From NCBI GenBank assembly GCA_044507735.1, contig JBIQJB010000003.1:122921-139316 (forward strand): DNA of 16,396 bases, read 5' to 3'. Origin of the DNA: Nitrosopumilales archaeon (GTDB taxonomy: Archaea; Thermoproteota; Nitrososphaeria; Nitrososphaerales; Nitrososphaeraceae). The translations under genes were made by a program, and so were the position numbers. Shown piece by piece: positions 15,113 through 16,396 of this stretch (its first letter is position 1; each line of letters opens with the position of its first letter). The notes under the pieces are model-generated. The model was given only the letters and a program-made list of their open reading frames with translations. It made no database searches and was not told the origin of the DNA.

Positions 15113-16396
15113 TTGATAAATAAGAAATCTCTAGCTGTAGTATTCTCTTTGCTGCTTTTGGCACTGCCGGTATCGGCATTTGCCCAGTCCTTTACAGTCA
15201 CCACTAACAAAGATATTTACAGGATTGACGAGAGAGCGATATTTGTAGGCACCGTTCCCGATAGCGCACCTGACGGCTATGCTGTCTTGATAGTGGCCAC
15301 AGGGACGGCAGGCGATTGCATAATCCAGCAGATTCTGCCGGCAGCCGACAACTCGTACATGTCAAGACCGCTAGCCATAGACAGATGCGGTTTTGGGCAA
15401 GTCACGGTGTCCGCATCATATGCAGAAGAAAGAGCCACCTCCACCTTCATCATTTCAAATAACAGAGGGTCAGATGCAGGAAACACCCTAGAGCTCCGCA
15501 CAATAAGGAACGTTATACTCCAGGCACAAGAAAGTGCAACCGCGAGGGTAAAGGAGCTGGTTGAGAACAACTACATCCTACCTGAGGAGGTTGCACGGAA
15601 ATACGGCGAAGGTGTTTCCAAGGTGTCACTTGCGCTTCAAGCTATAGAATTTGGCGACGTCGCGGAAGCAAGGAAGCATTCGACATCTGCCCTCAAAGAC
15701 TTCCGGGAGGTTCTGGCAGCCCTAACTGACGAGAACGTGGCAAGGTTTGAACAGACTATTGAGCAGAGAACTGCAAATTCTGACAATTCTGACGTTGTTG
15801 GGACGTATAACAAGCTCCAGCAGTACTACTACCTGCTGGCCGAGTTGTCCGGGAAGAACGATGTTGACGTACAGAGCGAATTTGAGGTTGCCGCACAGCT
15901 CTTGTCAGAGGCAAGACGGCTGATTGGTGAACGCGACTTTATGTCTGCGTCTCTACACTTGGAGGAGGTAAGCATACTGCTTGACGAGATCCGGACAAAG
16001 CTTGTTGGTCACGAACAAAGCAACCTAGAGTTTGTCTCGTATGCCAATATTACTAGCAAAGAGGATATAGAGTCTGCAAGAAAGCTGATAGAGGCGGCAG
16101 ACCGATTTGAGAAAACTGCTCTTGGGCTGCTTAGCGACACACGCTCTGAGGGAGCTAAGGCCAAGCTGCAAGAGGCCCTTTCACTTATTGCAAGTACCAG
16201 AGTTAGCATAGAAGAATATGATTTGGATTCTGCAAGAAATGATCTTTCGGCGGCGTACCTAGCCATCAATGAAGCACAGGATTTGGCCAGAGAGGAGAGC
16301 AGAAACTCCGCTGCTCTGAATAACAATGACAACAGCTCGCGGAATAACAATGACAACAGCTCGCGGAATAACAATGACAACAGCTCGCGGAATAAC
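15113..16396 (+). CDS. Secreted hypothetical protein (partial; runs off right edge): Ig-like N-domain, helical middle, Asn-rich repeats
   Basis: Manual translation from TTG 15113: MINKKSLAVVFSLLLLALPVSAFA-QSFTVTTNKDIY...; 428 codons with no stop to the edge; ends in (NNNDNSSR)n. Not in the ORF track. Confidence 0.88.
   Translation, partial: MINKKSLAVVFSLLLLALPVSAFAQSFTVTTNKDIYRIDERAIFVGTVPDSAPDGYAVLIVATGTAGDCIIQQILPAADNSYMSRPLAIDRCGFGQVTVSASYAEERATSTFIISNNRGSDAGNTLELRTIRNVILQAQESATARVKELVENNYILPEEVARKYGEGVSKVSLALQAIEFGDVAEARKHSTSALKDFREVLAALTDENVARFEQTIEQRTANSDNSDVVGTYNKLQQYYYLLAELSGKNDVDVQSEFEVAAQLLSEARRLIGERDFMSASLHLEEVSILLDEIRTKLVGHEQSNLEFVSYANITSKEDIESARKLIEAADRFEKTALGLLSDTRSEGAKAKLQEALSLIASTRVSIEEYDLDSARNDLSAAYLAINEAQDLAREESRNSAALNNNDNSSRNNNDNSSRNNNDNSSRNN
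16319..16396 (+). repeat. Perfect 24-bp coding tandem repeat aataacaatgacaacagctcgcgg, 3 full copies plus a partial one
   Basis: Units at 16319, 16343, 16367 and a partial unit at 16391; no spacers; in frame as NNNDNSSR. Confidence 0.95.

Noticed and set aside
14875-16380. Minus-strand ORFs 14875-15210, 14976-15179, 15277-15570 and 16009-16380
   Set aside because: Antisense to, or overlapping, the long plus-strand secreted-protein ORF starting at 15113.
16319-16396. CRISPR array
   Set aside because: The 24-bp units are head-to-tail without spacers and lie in frame in a CDS; no cas genes.
1-16396. Mobile element, prophage or defence system
   Set aside because: No transposase, integrase, terminal repeats, tRNA att site, nuclease/toxin or phage genes recognised; content is mostly housekeeping.

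Overview
Gene-dense archaeal chromosomal window with no mobile element, prophage or CRISPR array. Gene content and sequence style point to an ammonia-oxidising archaeon of the Nitrososphaeraceae (inference). It carries a geranylgeranyl reductase, a HAD hydrolase, a DUF962-like membrane protein and a HIT protein. A SelD/PurM-like protein is transcribed divergently from an APS reductase (cysH)-ATP sulfurylase (sat) pair. Further on are an orphan Cache-type histidine kinase, the SRP (7S) RNA on the minus strand, a TtuA/NcsA-type tRNA thiolase facing an Lrp/AsnC regulator, a small zinc-ribbon protein, DUF167, the two aconitase X (phosphomevalonate dehydratase-like) subunits and endonuclease III. 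Three secreted or surface proteins complete the window; two are cut by the edges, carry tandem repeats and are absent from the ORF track. The most interesting signals are (1) a sulfur-handling neighbourhood around a SelD-like protein whose catalytic motifs look degenerate and (2) an aconitase X large subunit with an atypical Fe-S ligand pattern (GSPQ plus CxC).
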